DNA from: Gammaproteobacteria bacterium
GTDB taxonomy: Bacteria > Pseudomonadota > Gammaproteobacteria > JAJDYQ01
Direction: 5' to 3'
NCBI GenBank assembly: GCA_965214035.1
Contig: OZ243932.1
Coordinates: forward strand, 1,583,363-1,647,362
DNA: 64,000 bases
Part shown: one piece after another, positions 20,741 to 32,306 of the stretch
Layout: every line of letters begins with the position of its first letter
Position numbering within the stretch: the stretch's first letter is position 1
Made by a program: the position numbers and the translations under genes
Notes under the pieces: generated by a model
Databases searched by the model: none
Seen by the model: the letters and a program-made list of their open reading frames with translations, nothing else
What the model was told of the DNA's origin: nothing

Positions 20741-21916
20741 ATGGCGTGGAATGAGTCCGGAAACGGTAAAGACAAAGATAATAAGAATGATCCCTGGGGG
20801 AATGGCAATCAGGGCGGGCCTCCTGATCTGGATGAAGTTGCCAGAAAAATGCGGGAAAAATTTGGCGGATTGCTCGGCGGCAACAAGGGTGGTCGCGGAG
20901 GAGGTTCTGCCGGCCCGTCATCCGGCCCGTTCGGGATTGGTATTTATGCAATAGTACTGGCTGCATTTGCTGTTATCTGGCTGGTCTATGATATGACTCA
21001 CACCATCCAACAGGCAGAGCGCGGCGTTGTACTTCGCTTTGGCAAATATGTGGACACGATTCAGCCGGGCCTGAACTTCCGCCTTCCGCGCCCCATTGAG
21101 AGGGTCTATAAAATTGACGTGAAAAAAATATACAACTTCACCGACAAGGCCAGCATGCTGACAAAGGACGAAAATCTGGTTGAGGTGATGTTTTTTATCC
21201 AGTATCAAATCCAGAAACCGGAAAAGTTTTTATTTGAAGTCCGTTGGCCGAACAAAAACCCGCAGAGCGTCCTGCGTTCCATTATAGAAAGCTCTGTCAG
21301 GGATGTGGTGGGCAAGTCCATGATGGACTATGTCCTGACTGAAGGGCGCACCTCAATCGCAACCCAGACTCGTGATCTTATGCAGCAGAGTCTGGATCAG
21401 TACGATACAGGTCTTCTGATAAGCGAGCTCAAACTTGAAGATGCGAGGCCACCAGAAGCCGTGAAGGCTGCTTTCGATGATGCTATCAAGGCCCGTGAGG
21501 ATCAGGAGCGAGCCAAGAATGAGGCTGAGGCCTACAGCAATGACATTATTCCAAAGGCGCGTGGTAAATATGCCAGAGACATTGCCGATGCCGAGGCTTA
21601 CAAGGCACAGGTTATCGACGAGGCTGAGGGCGATGCCAGTCGCTTCGGACAATTGCTTGCTGAATATGAGAAGGCACCGGGAGTCACCAGAGATCGCCTG
21701 TATCTTGAGACAGTAGAGAGAGTATTGGCCAATAACCGCAAAATTATGATTGATGTGGAAAGTGGTAACAACCTGATGTATCTGCCGCTGGACAGGATTA
21801 CCACACAGTCGGCGGGTGTGGCAGCATCCCGTTCGTCCACTCGCGAACAGGAACCAGCCATGCGCCGCGAACCAACAACCTTTCGCACTGACTCACGTCC
21901 GGAGATGCGCCGATGA
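20741..21916 (+). CDS. hflK: FtsH protease modulator HflK
   Basis: Typical N-terminus MAWNESGNGKDKD..PWG and an SPFH/band-7 core. ATG 20741 is preferred over the ORF-track start at 20663. Confidence 0.9.
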   Translation: MAWNESGNGKDKDNKNDPWGNGNQGGPPDLDEVARKMREKFGGLLGGNKGGRGGGSAGPSSGPFGIGIYAIVLAAFAVIWLVYDMTHTIQQAERGVVLRFGKYVDTIQPGLNFRLPRPIERVYKIDVKKIYNFTDKASMLTKDENLVEVMFFIQYQIQKPEKFLFEVRWPNKNPQSVLRSIIESSVRDVVGKSMMDYVLTEGRTSIATQTRDLMQQSLDQYDTGLLISELKLEDARPPEAVKAAFDDAIKAREDQERAKNEAEAYSNDIIPKARGKYARDIADAEAYKAQVIDEAEGDASRFGQLLAEYEKAPGVTRDRLYLETVERVLANNRKIMIDVESGNNLMYLPLDRITTQSAGVAASRSSTREQEPAMRREPTTFRTDSRPEMRR

Positions 21917-22830
21917 ACACACTCAGAATTCAACTGCTTATTATCATCCTCGTGTTACTGGCGGCGCTTGCACCACAGGCATTCTATACGGTGAATATGA
22001 TGCAGAAAGCCGTCCTGCTGCAATTCAAGAAGGTGCAGCGTTCAGACTATGAACCCGGATTGTATTTCAAGATACCGTTCATTGAGGAAGTTAAAAAATT
22101 CGATAAGCGGACCCTGACCCTGGATGCAGAACCTGAGCGTTTTCTTACCAAAGAGAAGAAATTTCTGATTGTGGACTCCTTCATCATGTGGCGAATTGAA
22201 GATGAACAAAAATACTTTACCACAACCGGTGGCGATGAATTTGCGGCTCAGCGGCTTTTGGCTCAAAAAGTAAACGCCGGTCTGCGTGATGAATTCGGCC
22301 TGCGCACGATCAAGGAAGTGGTTTCGGGTGAGCGTCGAGAAGTAATGAACATCCTGCGCGATCAAGCCAATCAGGCTGCATCTGAGCTGGGGGCAAAAGT
22401 AATTGATGTCCGCATCAAGAAAATTGACCTGCCGGACGAGGTCAGTGACTCTGTATTTGACCGGATGCGCTCCGAGCGCAAGCGGGTTGCCAATGACCTG
22501 CGTTCACAGGGTGCGGAAGTGGGAGAGCAGATTCGTGCAGATGCGGACCGTCAACGTACCGAGATACTGGCTTCGGCCTATCGCAAAGCACAGGAAATAC
22601 GAGGTGAAGGCGATGCAACGGCGGCGAAAACCTATGCTGGAGCCTATGAAGAGAACGAGGCATTTTTCAAATTTTATCGCAGCCTTGAAGCCTATCGTAA
22701 GACATTCCAGGGATATGGTGATATTATGGTGCTGGAACCGGACAGTGAATTTTTTCGCTACTTTAATGACCCAATGGGTAATGAGCGGATGGACAACAGC
22801 ACCATGGATGAACCGGCTGCTGCCCGGTAA
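21913..22830 (+). CDS. hflC: FtsH protease modulator HflC
   Basis: 4-nt overlap with hflK. N-terminal TM segment and an SPFH domain. Confidence 0.9.
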   Translation: MNTLRIQLLIIILVLLAALAPQAFYTVNMMQKAVLLQFKKVQRSDYEPGLYFKIPFIEEVKKFDKRTLTLDAEPERFLTKEKKFLIVDSFIMWRIEDEQKYFTTTGGDEFAAQRLLAQKVNAGLRDEFGLRTIKEVVSGERREVMNILRDQANQAASELGAKVIDVRIKKIDLPDEVSDSVFDRMRSERKRVANDLRSQGAEVGEQIRADADRQRTEILASAYRKAQEIRGEGDATAAKTYAGAYEENEAFFKFYRSLEAYRKTFQGYGDIMVLEPDSEFFRYFNDPMGNERMDNSTMDEPAAAR

Positions 22831-22845
22831 GTCACTGATGCTGAG

Positions 22846-23043
22846 ATGGATATTATCTGGAATGATCTATGGGCTGCGATTGCGCTCATGCTGATTATTG
22901 AGGGTATTATGCCATTTATTAACCCGGGGGCATTTTGCAGAATGCTGAAAGTGGTTAGTGAAATGGACCTCAAAAAAATACGTATTCTGGGCGCAGTCTG
23001 GATGGGGTGTGGTCTGCTTGTTCTCTACTGGGTCAGGGGCTGA
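22846..23043 (+). CDS. DUF2065 family small membrane protein (YjeT-like)
   Basis: 65 aa with two TM segments. The position between hflC and hisZ/purA is conserved. Confidence 0.7.
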   Translation: MDIIWNDLWAAIALMLIIEGIMPFINPGAFCRMLKVVSEMDLKKIRILGAVWMGCGLLVLYWVRG

Positions 23044-23047
23044 CCGA

Positions 23048-24268
23048 ATGAGCGAAAGTCGCTGGTTGCTACCTGACGGCATGGAAGAGATACTGCCGGA
23101 AGCTGCCAGCCGACTGGAGGAGCTGCGACGGCAACTGCTTGATTTATACCGAAGCTGGGGCTATGAGCTGGTTATCCCGCCTTTTATTGAATATCTGGAA
23201 TCATTACTGACCGGTACAGGTGCGGATCTGGATATTCAGACATTCAAACTGACCGACCAACTGACAGGCCGAACCATGGGAGTTCGCGCCGATATGACTC
23301 CTCAGGTGGCACGGATTGAGTCGGTCGTGCTGAAGCGCAATGAACCGGTTCGGCTGTGCTATCTGGGCACAGTATTACGAACCCGCCCACTTGAATCGGG
23401 TGGCTCCCGCAGTCCCTTGCAGATAGGTGCTGAACTGTATGGTCACCATGGGCCGGAGAGCGATGTTGAAGTGATTTCATTGACAGTAGAGTCTCTAAAA
23501 ACTGCCGGAGTAGATGATGTGCTGCTGGACCTTGGTCATGTTGGGGTATTTCGGGGGCTGGTACAGGAGGCCGGTTTAAGCATATCGCAGGAAGCGATTT
23601 TATTCGATATCCTGCAGCGCAAATCTGCGCCGGAGCTCGAGCAGTTTTTACAAAACAACGGCGTTGTTCAATCGGCCCGGACATGGCTGGCCGTGTTATG
23701 TAGCCTTAATGGTGAAATAGAAAATCTGCCACAGGCTGCTGCGCATTTACAGGGCACGGGTGAACAGGTTCAACAATCATTGCAGGCACTGCAATCCGTG
23801 GCAGATTTACTGCTGGAACGCATTCCGGGACTTAATCTCCATTTTGATTTGGCGGAGCTGCGAGGCTACCACTACCATACCGGAGTTGTTTTCGCTGCCT
23901 ATTCAATCGGCCATGGAAAGGCGATTGCGCAGGGAGGGCGATATGATAATATCGGTCGGGACTTTGGTGTATCACGCCCTGCCACAGGCTTTAGTGCCGA
24001 TCTGAAACAATGGGTCCAACTATCAGATTGGAATACGACACCCTGTCGTCCAGGCATACTGGCACCCTGGGATAACGATCCTCGGCTACAGAAAACAATC
24101 ACCCGCTTGCGCGAGAAAGGCGAGCGAGTGATACAGAATCTTGCCGACCAGAGTGAAGTGGACGGTTGTGACCGCCACTTGGTGAAGCGGGGTGAAGCCT
24201 GGGAAATTGAATCCCTCCAGAGAAGCCACATACATTCGCCCCGGGCCGGCAGAAGCACGGAGCAATGA
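23048..24268 (+). CDS. hisZ: ATP phosphoribosyltransferase regulatory subunit
   Basis: MSESRWLLPDGMEEILPEAA...RADMTPQVARI...GGRYD is HisRS-like without an anticodon domain. It lies upstream of purA, as in many non-enteric gammaproteobacteria. ATG 23048 is preferred to the ORF-track start. Confidence 0.85.
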   Translation: MSESRWLLPDGMEEILPEAASRLEELRRQLLDLYRSWGYELVIPPFIEYLESLLTGTGADLDIQTFKLTDQLTGRTMGVRADMTPQVARIESVVLKRNEPVRLCYLGTVLRTRPLESGGSRSPLQIGAELYGHHGPESDVEVISLTVESLKTAGVDDVLLDLGHVGVFRGLVQEAGLSISQEAILFDILQRKSAPELEQFLQNNGVVQSARTWLAVLCSLNGEIENLPQAAAHLQGTGEQVQQSLQALQSVADLLLERIPGLNLHFDLAELRGYHYHTGVVFAAYSIGHGKAIAQGGRYDNIGRDFGVSRPATGFSADLKQWVQLSDWNTTPCRPGILAPWDNDPRLQKTITRLREKGERVIQNLADQSEVDGCDRHLVKRGEAWEIESLQRSHIHSPRAGRSTEQ

Positions 24269-24323
24269 GCGTTTTTTGCTGACTTTGACGATATATCTCT
24301 GTGTTGCGGCAAGCTTTTTTTAA

Positions 24324-25688
<1,365 letters not shown>

Positions 25689-26016
25689 TGCCTTAATACA
25701 CAAGGCGTCAAAATCAAAAATACGAAAACAAACATTCTGTACGCAATAAGCAGAGAGAATCTGGCAGAGAACTGAAGTGCGTTATCGTATCTCCTGCCCG
25801 GAATCAGTTCCATGCTGGTCTGGGCAATTCGAAATCACAGATTGGAGGAAATATCTTCTGTTTGACAGGTCTGTCGTCAGGCTGCCAGCCGGATACAAAC
25901 AGGGGACACCATTGATTGAAGCCTGAGCGAAAATTTAGCGGCATCAACACCGCATGGATCGGGGCGCACCATTTCCAGGGCAGTACGGGGGAGGCATTGA
26001 TGAACCCCGATCTCCC

Positions 26017-26235
26017 TTAGCGCTCCCTGAAAGTAATCCTGCCCTTGGTCAGATCATAGGGCGTCAGTTCGACGGTGACTGTATCACCGGTCAGGATACG
26101 AATGTAGTGTTTACGTATCTTGCCGGATATATGCGCGGTGACCACATGACCGTTTTCGAGTTCCACTCTGAACATTGTATTAGGCAGCGTCTCGATGACC
26201 GTACCCTGCATTTCAATCTGATCTTCTTTAGCCAT
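26017..26235 (-). CDS. infA: Translation initiation factor IF-1
   Basis: [70 protein letters not shown]. Confidence 0.97.
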   Translation of the reverse strand: MAKEDQIEMQGTVIETLPNTMFRVELENGHVVTAHISGKIRKHYIRILTGDTVTVELTPYDLTKGRITFRER

Positions 26236-26401
26236 ACTTTTGAGGCATTTGGGAAAGCGGCGTATTCTGCATGATTTGGAACGGGAAGCAAGAAGATTTT
26301 TGGCAATAAACGGATAGGTACAGCCTGCGAATCCCAGAAAATGGTTGCATTGACAACCTCGTATCGCCGGTTATTCTTTTCAATTTGCCTCCTGGCGGGA
26401 G

Positions 26402-27457
26402 CTATATCGCGACCAATAATTGTGCGCTGAAATAATCATTTTGATCCGTCCAGACTTTTTTGACCTGAAAGCCGGACTGCCCGGCGATCTTTTCAAACTC
26501 CTTTAATGAATACTTGTATGAACTTTCGGTATGGATACTGTCACCGGTTGCCAGAGAAAATTTCTTTTGGCTGATCGAGAATGCTTGATTGGTGATGCTT
26601 ACCAGATGCATCTCAACGCGGCCTTTAGACTCATTATAAAAGGCTTCATGCTGAAATTTTTCCACATCAATATCGGCACCAAGCTCACGGTTAATCCGAT
26701 GCAGGAGATTCAGGTTGAATGCGGCGGTGACTCCTGCCTTATCGTTGTAGGCACTATGCAACACCTGTTCATCTTTTTTCAAATCAACCCCAATCAGCAA
26801 CTGACCACCGATACCGACAAGCCCGTGAATCTGGCGCATAAAGGCGATTGCTTCATCAGTGTGGAAGTTGCCGATGCTGGAACCGGGATAAAATGCGACG
26901 ACAGAATCAGTGCTGCAATGCGGAGGCAGAGTTAATTCGCTGGAAAAGTCCGCACATACAGCATGTACCTCAAGCCATGGATAGTCGTCAGCCAGACTCT
27001 GGGTTGCTTCGAGCAAAAACTCCTTGGAGATATCAACACCAAGGTACTGATTGGGACGAAATGACTCCAACAAAACCCTGATTTTTTCACTGCTGCCGCT
27101 GCCCAGTTCAACGAGAATGCACTCTTCCCCTATATGATGGGCAATATCATCCACATTATCCCTGAAAATACCGATCTCGGTGCGGGCTGGATAATACTCC
27201 GGCAGTTCACAGATTTTATCGAAAAGCACGGAACCCTGCTGATCGTAAAGATATTTGGGAGAAATTGCCTTTGGAGTACAACTCAGGCCAGACAGTACCT
27301 CGCCCAGAAAGTCACTGTCCGTGACGGAATAGTCGTGAAACTCAACGGCATTATTGGATTCAGTCGCAATGCTGTCAGTGTCTGCGGGTGAAAAATTCAT
27401 AAAATTAAAGGGTTTTTTCAGTTTATTTCCGATGATCATGGTCATGGTAACATACAA
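26402..27457 (-). CDS. EgtD-like SAM-dependent (histidine N-alpha-type) methyltransferase family protein
   Basis: PKYLYDQQGSVLFDKICELPEYYPARTE, ELGSGSSEKIRVLLE and YLGVDISKEFL match the EgtD/TIGR03438-type family from memory. The start is uncertain; an internal ATG at 27400 gives MNFSPAD.... Confidence 0.65.
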   Translation of the reverse strand: MYVTMTMIIGNKLKKPFNFMNFSPADTDSIATESNNAVEFHDYSVTDSDFLGEVLSGLSCTPKAISPKYLYDQQGSVLFDKICELPEYYPARTEIGIFRDNVDDIAHHIGEECILVELGSGSSEKIRVLLESFRPNQYLGVDISKEFLLEATQSLADDYPWLEVHAVCADFSSELTLPPHCSTDSVVAFYPGSSIGNFHTDEAIAFMRQIHGLVGIGGQLLIGVDLKKDEQVLHSAYNDKAGVTAAFNLNLLHRINRELGADIDVEKFQHEAFYNESKGRVEMHLVSITNQAFSISQKKFSLATGDSIHTESSYKYSLKEFEKIAGQSGFQVKKVWTDQNDYFSAQLLVAI

Positions 27458-27537
27458 CAGCTTTCGCTGCCACTTGAACCTGATGAGGCGGGCGTTACTC
27501 GTTTGGAAGAAATCATGTCTGGTGCTGCAACTGCCAC

Positions 27538-28275
27538 CTATGCCAAACGCAGAAACTGTCTGACAGATACAGGTTCAGAGCACCATAACCGGGCAGAACT
27601 TTCTGGAGTGCAATATCGACAAAGCCAGGACTGAAAATCCTCAAGGGTGATTTCTCTTGCCCCCAGCGAGAATAAATGTGCCGAGCTGACCTGACAGTCA
27701 ACCAGATGAAAATCATGATTCAGCAGATGACGAACCAGACAGGCGAGAGCCACCTTTGAGCTGTCCCGAACTCTGGAAAACATGGATTCCCCAAAAAATA
27801 TCCGGCCGACGACAATGCCATACAATCCGCCGACCAGTTCCCCATCCTGCCAAATCTCGGCAGAATGGGCATGCTTCAAGTCGTGCAGGTGCTGATATGC
27901 CGCCATCATATCGGCGGTTATCCAAGTATCGGAGTCGCCACTGCGACCTGCCGCACAACTTTCAATGACACTGGCAAAATCACGGTCAAGCGAAAAAACA
28001 AATCCGGCATTCCGGCAGGTTTTTCTCAGGCTGCGGCTCATTTTGAACTCGTCAGGCAACAGAACACAGCGCGGCGATGGAGACCACCACATAATAGACT
28101 GTCCTTCGCAGTACCATGGGAATATGCCTTTTTTATAGGCGGCCAACAGGCGTCCCGGAGCCAGATCGCCACCCAGACACAAAAGGCCATCGGGATATTT
28201 CAGGGCAGCCTCTGCCGGAGGAAAATTATCGGGGGCAGAACCCGGTTCAATCCAGAACAATGAAGGCCGACTCAT
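27538..28275 (-). CDS. aat: Leucyl/phenylalanyl-tRNA--protein transferase
   Basis: GGDLAPGRLLAAYKKGIFPW...WWSP.PR...FFGESMFS. The start overlaps the stop of the upstream gene by 4 nt. Confidence 0.9.
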   Translation of the reverse strand: MSRPSLFWIEPGSAPDNFPPAEAALKYPDGLLCLGGDLAPGRLLAAYKKGIFPWYCEGQSIMWWSPSPRCVLLPDEFKMSRSLRKTCRNAGFVFSLDRDFASVIESCAAGRSGDSDTWITADMMAAYQHLHDLKHAHSAEIWQDGELVGGLYGIVVGRIFFGESMFSRVRDSSKVALACLVRHLLNHDFHLVDCQVSSAHLFSLGAREITLEDFQSWLCRYCTPESSARLWCSEPVSVRQFLRLA

Positions 28276-29438
28276 GATATTTCCTTCTTTTTATAGGCGG
28301 AACTATCGGACAACTGCCGGTGAAAATCCCGCATGGCGCGTATTTCATCCCGCAAAAACTGATCAATGGCCTGACGAAAATCAGCGCGGGCAATCCAGTG
28401 TGCCGAATATGTAAATGACGGGTCAAAGCCTCTGGATATTTTATGCTGTCCCTGTGCGCCGGGTTCAAAGCGTTTAAGCCCATGCTGTATGGCATACTCA
28501 ATGCCGCGATAATAACAAGTCTCAAAATGCAGGCCGGGGATATCCCGGATTGCCTCACGGTGGCACCCCCAGTGGCGGCCATATAACACATCGCGACTAC
28601 GAAAATTGATAGCCATGGCAATGGGCTTTTCATCAAGGCAGGCCATGGCAATAACAATCTGCTCACCCATGGAATCACCGATCTCCTTCCAGAAACCGGC
28701 ATTTAATGTGGCATAACCGCTTTTCTCAGTGAATGTATTGACATAATAACGATGAACCAGCTCCCACTGATCCTCATTCAGGTCGGTGCCCGACAGCATA
28801 TCGACATGGACATTTTTTTCCCTGACCCGGCGCCGTTCCTGTTTGATTTTCTTGCGTTTATCGTGGCGCAGTGATGACAGGAAATCCTGGAAACTGTGAT
28901 AGTCTGCATTATGCCAGTGATACTGCACATCATGGCGTACAGACATGCCCTCCTCCTCCAGCAATTTCAACTGCCGACTTTCCGGAAACAGACAATGCAG
29001 GCCGGAAAAACTATTTTCATGGCAATAGGCCAGAGCGGCCTTTGCCAGCCGTGCTGCCATGACCGCATCGCCATCCGGCACCAGCAGACGCCTGCCGGTT
29101 GCCGGCGTATAAGGAATAGCCGAAACCAGTTTGGGATAATAGCGCACACCATGGCGATGAAAGGCATCGGCCCAGGACCAGTCAAACACCAGCTCACCGT
29201 AGGAATTATTTTTCGCATACAGCGGCATGGCACCGACCAGACTGCCGTGCCGGTCACGAGCCACAAGAAAACGTGGAAACCAGCCAAAACGCTCACCAAC
29301 GGCACCATGCCGTTCCAATGCCACCAGAAACTCATGGCGCAGAAAGGGAGAATGATCGATATTCAGCGCATTCCACTGAGCGGACTCGACGGTCTCCAGA
29401 GAATCAATAACCTCAATATCGCACGGCACTGACGACAT
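28272..29438 (-). CDS. DUF482 / FemAB-like (COG3146) GNAT-superfamily protein
   Basis: 388 aa. SPFLRHEFLVALERHGAVGERFGWFPRFLV...YYPKLVSAIPYTPATGRRLL is typical of the PF04339 family, recalled from memory. Confidence 0.65.
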   Translation of the reverse strand: MSSVPCDIEVIDSLETVESAQWNALNIDHSPFLRHEFLVALERHGAVGERFGWFPRFLVARDRHGSLVGAMPLYAKNNSYGELVFDWSWADAFHRHGVRYYPKLVSAIPYTPATGRRLLVPDGDAVMAARLAKAALAYCHENSFSGLHCLFPESRQLKLLEEEGMSVRHDVQYHWHNADYHSFQDFLSSLRHDKRKKIKQERRRVREKNVHVDMLSGTDLNEDQWELVHRYYVNTFTEKSGYATLNAGFWKEIGDSMGEQIVIAMACLDEKPIAMAINFRSRDVLYGRHWGCHREAIRDIPGLHFETCYYRGIEYAIQHGLKRFEPGAQGQHKISRGFDPSFTYSAHWIARADFRQAIDQFLRDEIRAMRDFHRQLSDSSAYKKKEIS

Positions 29439-29458
29439 GAGTAATCGGCCATTAACCC

Positions 29459-30061
29459 TTACAGTGCCTCATGCTCCTGAAGCAGGGCATGCAGACTCTC
29501 GGCCATTTTACGGTACCCCCTGGCATTCGGATGGATTGTATCCGACTTATTGGATGGGAACTGCAAGATGTCGGCGAGCGCATCGATTTCTATCGGCACG
29601 CCGGTTTCCCCGGCGACCGACGCATAAAAATCTGCCGGACTCAGTATCAATGTCGGGTTAGGGACAGCCATCATCACCACCTCGGCTCCTTTTGCGCGAG
29701 CCAGGGCAATCATCTTCCTGAGATTATCGGCGGCCTGCTCCAGACTCTTTTTACGCAGAATATCATTACCACCATGAATCAGAATCAAAAGGTCGGGCCT
29801 GTGTGCATCCAGCAGACCGGGCAGACGGGCCAGTCCCTGGGCGGACAGCTCGCCCGACACCCCGGCATTGACAACCTTTCTGCCCGACAACTCCTGAAGA
29901 ACGGCCGGATAGCTTTTATCGAGAGTCGTACCGGTACCAAAAGTCAGACTATCGCCGAAAGCCAGTATGACGGCATCACCGGACAATGGAGTGAGAGAAT
30001 CTGACGAACCGCCACAGCCCACCAGCAACGAAGCCAGAAACAACAAAGCGAATTTTTTCAT
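29459..30061 (-). CDS. SGNH/GDSL hydrolase lipoprotein (arylesterase/TesA-like)
   Basis: Lipobox LLVGC, block I FGDSLTFG, GGNDILR, and a C-terminal D..HP. Confidence 0.75.
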   Translation of the reverse strand: MKKFALLFLASLLVGCGGSSDSLTPLSGDAVILAFGDSLTFGTGTTLDKSYPAVLQELSGRKVVNAGVSGELSAQGLARLPGLLDAHRPDLLILIHGGNDILRKKSLEQAADNLRKMIALARAKGAEVVMMAVPNPTLILSPADFYASVAGETGVPIEIDALADILQFPSNKSDTIHPNARGYRKMAESLHALLQEHEAL

Positions 30062-30063
30062 GG

Positions 30064-31194
30064 TTACATTAACAACCGATTGAGGATAGATTCATAAATG
30101 CGGCTCAGGGTATCCAGGTCTTCCACGGCGACACACTCATCAACCTGATGAATGGTAGCGTTCAACGGGCCAAGTTCAAGCACCTGCGCACCGGTTGGTG
30201 CAATGAAGCGCCCGTCCGAAGTGCCACCGGCCGTTGACAGCCGGGTATCATGCCCCGTGATCTGGCGGATAGCCTGTTGGCTGGCCGTCACCAGCTCGCC
30301 AGCGGCCGTCAGAAACGGCATACCGGACAATGTCCAGCGGGTTTCATAAACCATGTCATGGCGATCAAAAATTTCGTGGACACGTGCTTTCAGAATATCC
30401 GGCGACTGCGCAGTTGAAAAACGGAAATTAAAGGCAACCCTGCACTGACCGGGGATTACATTACCGGCACCCGTGCCGCTACTGATGTTTGAAACCTGCA
30501 ATGTTGTGGGCGGAAAATCATCATTACCCTGGTCCCATTCCGTTATCGTCAACTCGGCAAGCGCCGGGGCGAGACAATGTATGGGATTGCGTGCCAGATG
30601 CGGATAAGCAACATGCCCCTGCACACCGTTCACGGCCAGTTCACAACTGAGCGACCCGCGCCGACCATTTTTCACAACATCACCCACCCTGTCCGAGCTG
30701 CTTGGTTCACCCACCAGGCACCAGGTAATTTTTTCATTTCGAGCTTCCAGTGCCTCGACCACTCGGGTCGTACCATTCACTGCGGTCCCCTCCTCATCGC
30801 TGGTCATTAAAAACGCCAGAGAACCCTGGAAAGTACCGCCGTTTCCCAGCAAAAACCGTTCGCAGGCCGTAGTGAACGCGGCCACACTGCCCTTCATATC
30901 CGCGCTGCCACGCCCATACAGCAAACCATTACGGACCTCCGGCTTGAAAGGATCACTCTGCCAGCCATCGACCGGGCCGGCCGGCACAACATCCGTATGA
31001 CCAGCGAAGCACAAAACAGGATCGTCACTGCCCAGCCGTGCCCAGAGATTATCGACCTCACCAAACCGCAGATGCTCGCAGACAAAACCAAACCCCTCCA
31101 GCCTGTCTGCCAACAGCCCCTGACAACCCTGGTCATCGGGTGTTACCGAAGGGCGCGACACCAGCTCCATGGCCAGCTCAAGCGTTGCCGACAT
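30064..31194 (-). CDS. dapE: Succinyl-diaminopimelate desuccinylase
   Basis: [24 protein letters not shown]...GHTDVVP...SDEEG. GGAGAG precedes ATG 31194. Confidence 0.9.
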   Translation of the reverse strand: MSATLELAMELVSRPSVTPDDQGCQGLLADRLEGFGFVCEHLRFGEVDNLWARLGSDDPVLCFAGHTDVVPAGPVDGWQSDPFKPEVRNGLLYGRGSADMKGSVAAFTTACERFLLGNGGTFQGSLAFLMTSDEEGTAVNGTTRVVEALEARNEKITWCLVGEPSSSDRVGDVVKNGRRGSLSCELAVNGVQGHVAYPHLARNPIHCLAPALAELTITEWDQGNDDFPPTTLQVSNISSGTGAGNVIPGQCRVAFNFRFSTAQSPDILKARVHEIFDRHDMVYETRWTLSGMPFLTAAGELVTASQQAIRQITGHDTRLSTAGGTSDGRFIAPTGAQVLELGPLNATIHQVDECVAVEDLDTLSRIYESILNRLLM

Positions 31195-31232
31195 GAACCT
31201 CTCCTGCCCGACAAATGCCGTCATAAAGCCTG

Positions 31233-32057
31233 TTAAATATCCCGCAGCAGCTCATTAATACCGACTCTGCCACGGGTTTTCTCATCCACCTGCTTGACGA
31301 TGACTGCGCAATACAACGAATAACGGCCGTCATCGGAAGGCAGATTGCCGGACACAACAACCGAACCGGGCGGCACATGACCATAACTGATACTGCCAGT
31401 CTCACGGTTATAGATTTTGGTGCTCTGCCCGATATAAACCCCCATGGAAATAACCGAACCCTCGCCGACGACAACACCCTCAACGATTTCCGAGCGTGCA
31501 CCGATAAAGCAATCATCCTCGATCACAGTCGGTGCCGCCTGCACAGGTTCGAGCACCCCGCCGATACCAACGCCACCGGACAAATGGACATTCCTGCCGA
31601 TTTGCGCACAGGAACCGACCGTTGCCCAGGTATCGACCATGGTGCCGCAATCGACGTAGGCACCGATATTGACATAAGAAGGCATCAGCACCGTACCGGA
31701 ACCGATATGGCAACCCTTGCGGGCCATTGCCGGAGGCACTACGCGCACACCGCCATCGCGGAAATCACGCGAATGATGGCCGGCAAACCGGGAAGGCACC
31801 TTATCCCAGTAATTGGTAAAGCCGCCATTGATAAACTCATTATCCTCCAGACGGAAATACAACAGCACAGCCTTTTTCAGCCACTCATTGACAACCCACT
31901 CACCATCCTTCTTTTCGGCAACACGGGCCTGACCGGAGTCCAGCAACTCAATAGCCGTCATCACGGCATCGCGGGTCAACGTATCGGCAGAACGTGGAGT
32001 AATATCGGCGCGGTTTTCAAAGGCCGCGGTAATAACAGGGGCAATATCATCAGACAT
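31233..32057 (-). CDS. dapD: 2,3,4,5-tetrahydropyridine-2,6-dicarboxylate N-succinyltransferase
   Basis: Hexapeptide-repeat C-terminus ([38 protein letters not shown]) and dapD-dapE adjacency. ATG 32057 was chosen. Confidence 0.9.
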   Translation of the reverse strand: MSDDIAPVITAAFENRADITPRSADTLTRDAVMTAIELLDSGQARVAEKKDGEWVVNEWLKKAVLLYFRLEDNEFINGGFTNYWDKVPSRFAGHHSRDFRDGGVRVVPPAMARKGCHIGSGTVLMPSYVNIGAYVDCGTMVDTWATVGSCAQIGRNVHLSGGVGIGGVLEPVQAAPTVIEDDCFIGARSEIVEGVVVGEGSVISMGVYIGQSTKIYNRETGSISYGHVPPGSVVVSGNLPSDDGRYSLYCAVIVKQVDEKTRGRVGINELLRDI

Positions 32058-32148
32058 GGCTTTCTCTTGATGGACACCGGACAAATTCAGAACACGGCAC
32101 AGTATAACGCCTTTCGCGTTCGGATGTTCACAACAGGCAGCGACTCTA

Positions 32149-32157
32149 TGCTACAAT
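32149..32157 (+). promoter_or_regulatory. Possible extended -10 promoter element (TGcTACAAT)
   Basis: ATGCTACAAT lies about 150 nt upstream of the 32307 ORF. A near-identical ATGCTATAGT is at 36855-36864. Confidence 0.3.
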
Positions 32158-32306
32158 GCCGGCCGCGTTGCCGGCGATACGCAGGATGGGCAGCAGACTG
32201 TCACTCCCGTCGCTCGCCGTCCCCCCGCGCCGCTGGTGGCACCTGACCACGACCGACAGATTGCGCAAGCAACAATGGAGACACAACAATACCAGCCGAC
32301 CAACCC

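Noticed and set aside
25689-26016. 328-bp purA/infA convergent spacer examined for an sRNA or terminator. An 8-bp inverted repeat GATCGGGG...CCCCGATC lies at 25958-26014.
   Set aside because: The loop is about 40 nt and there is no U-tract, so this is not a convincing terminator or a known RNA motif.
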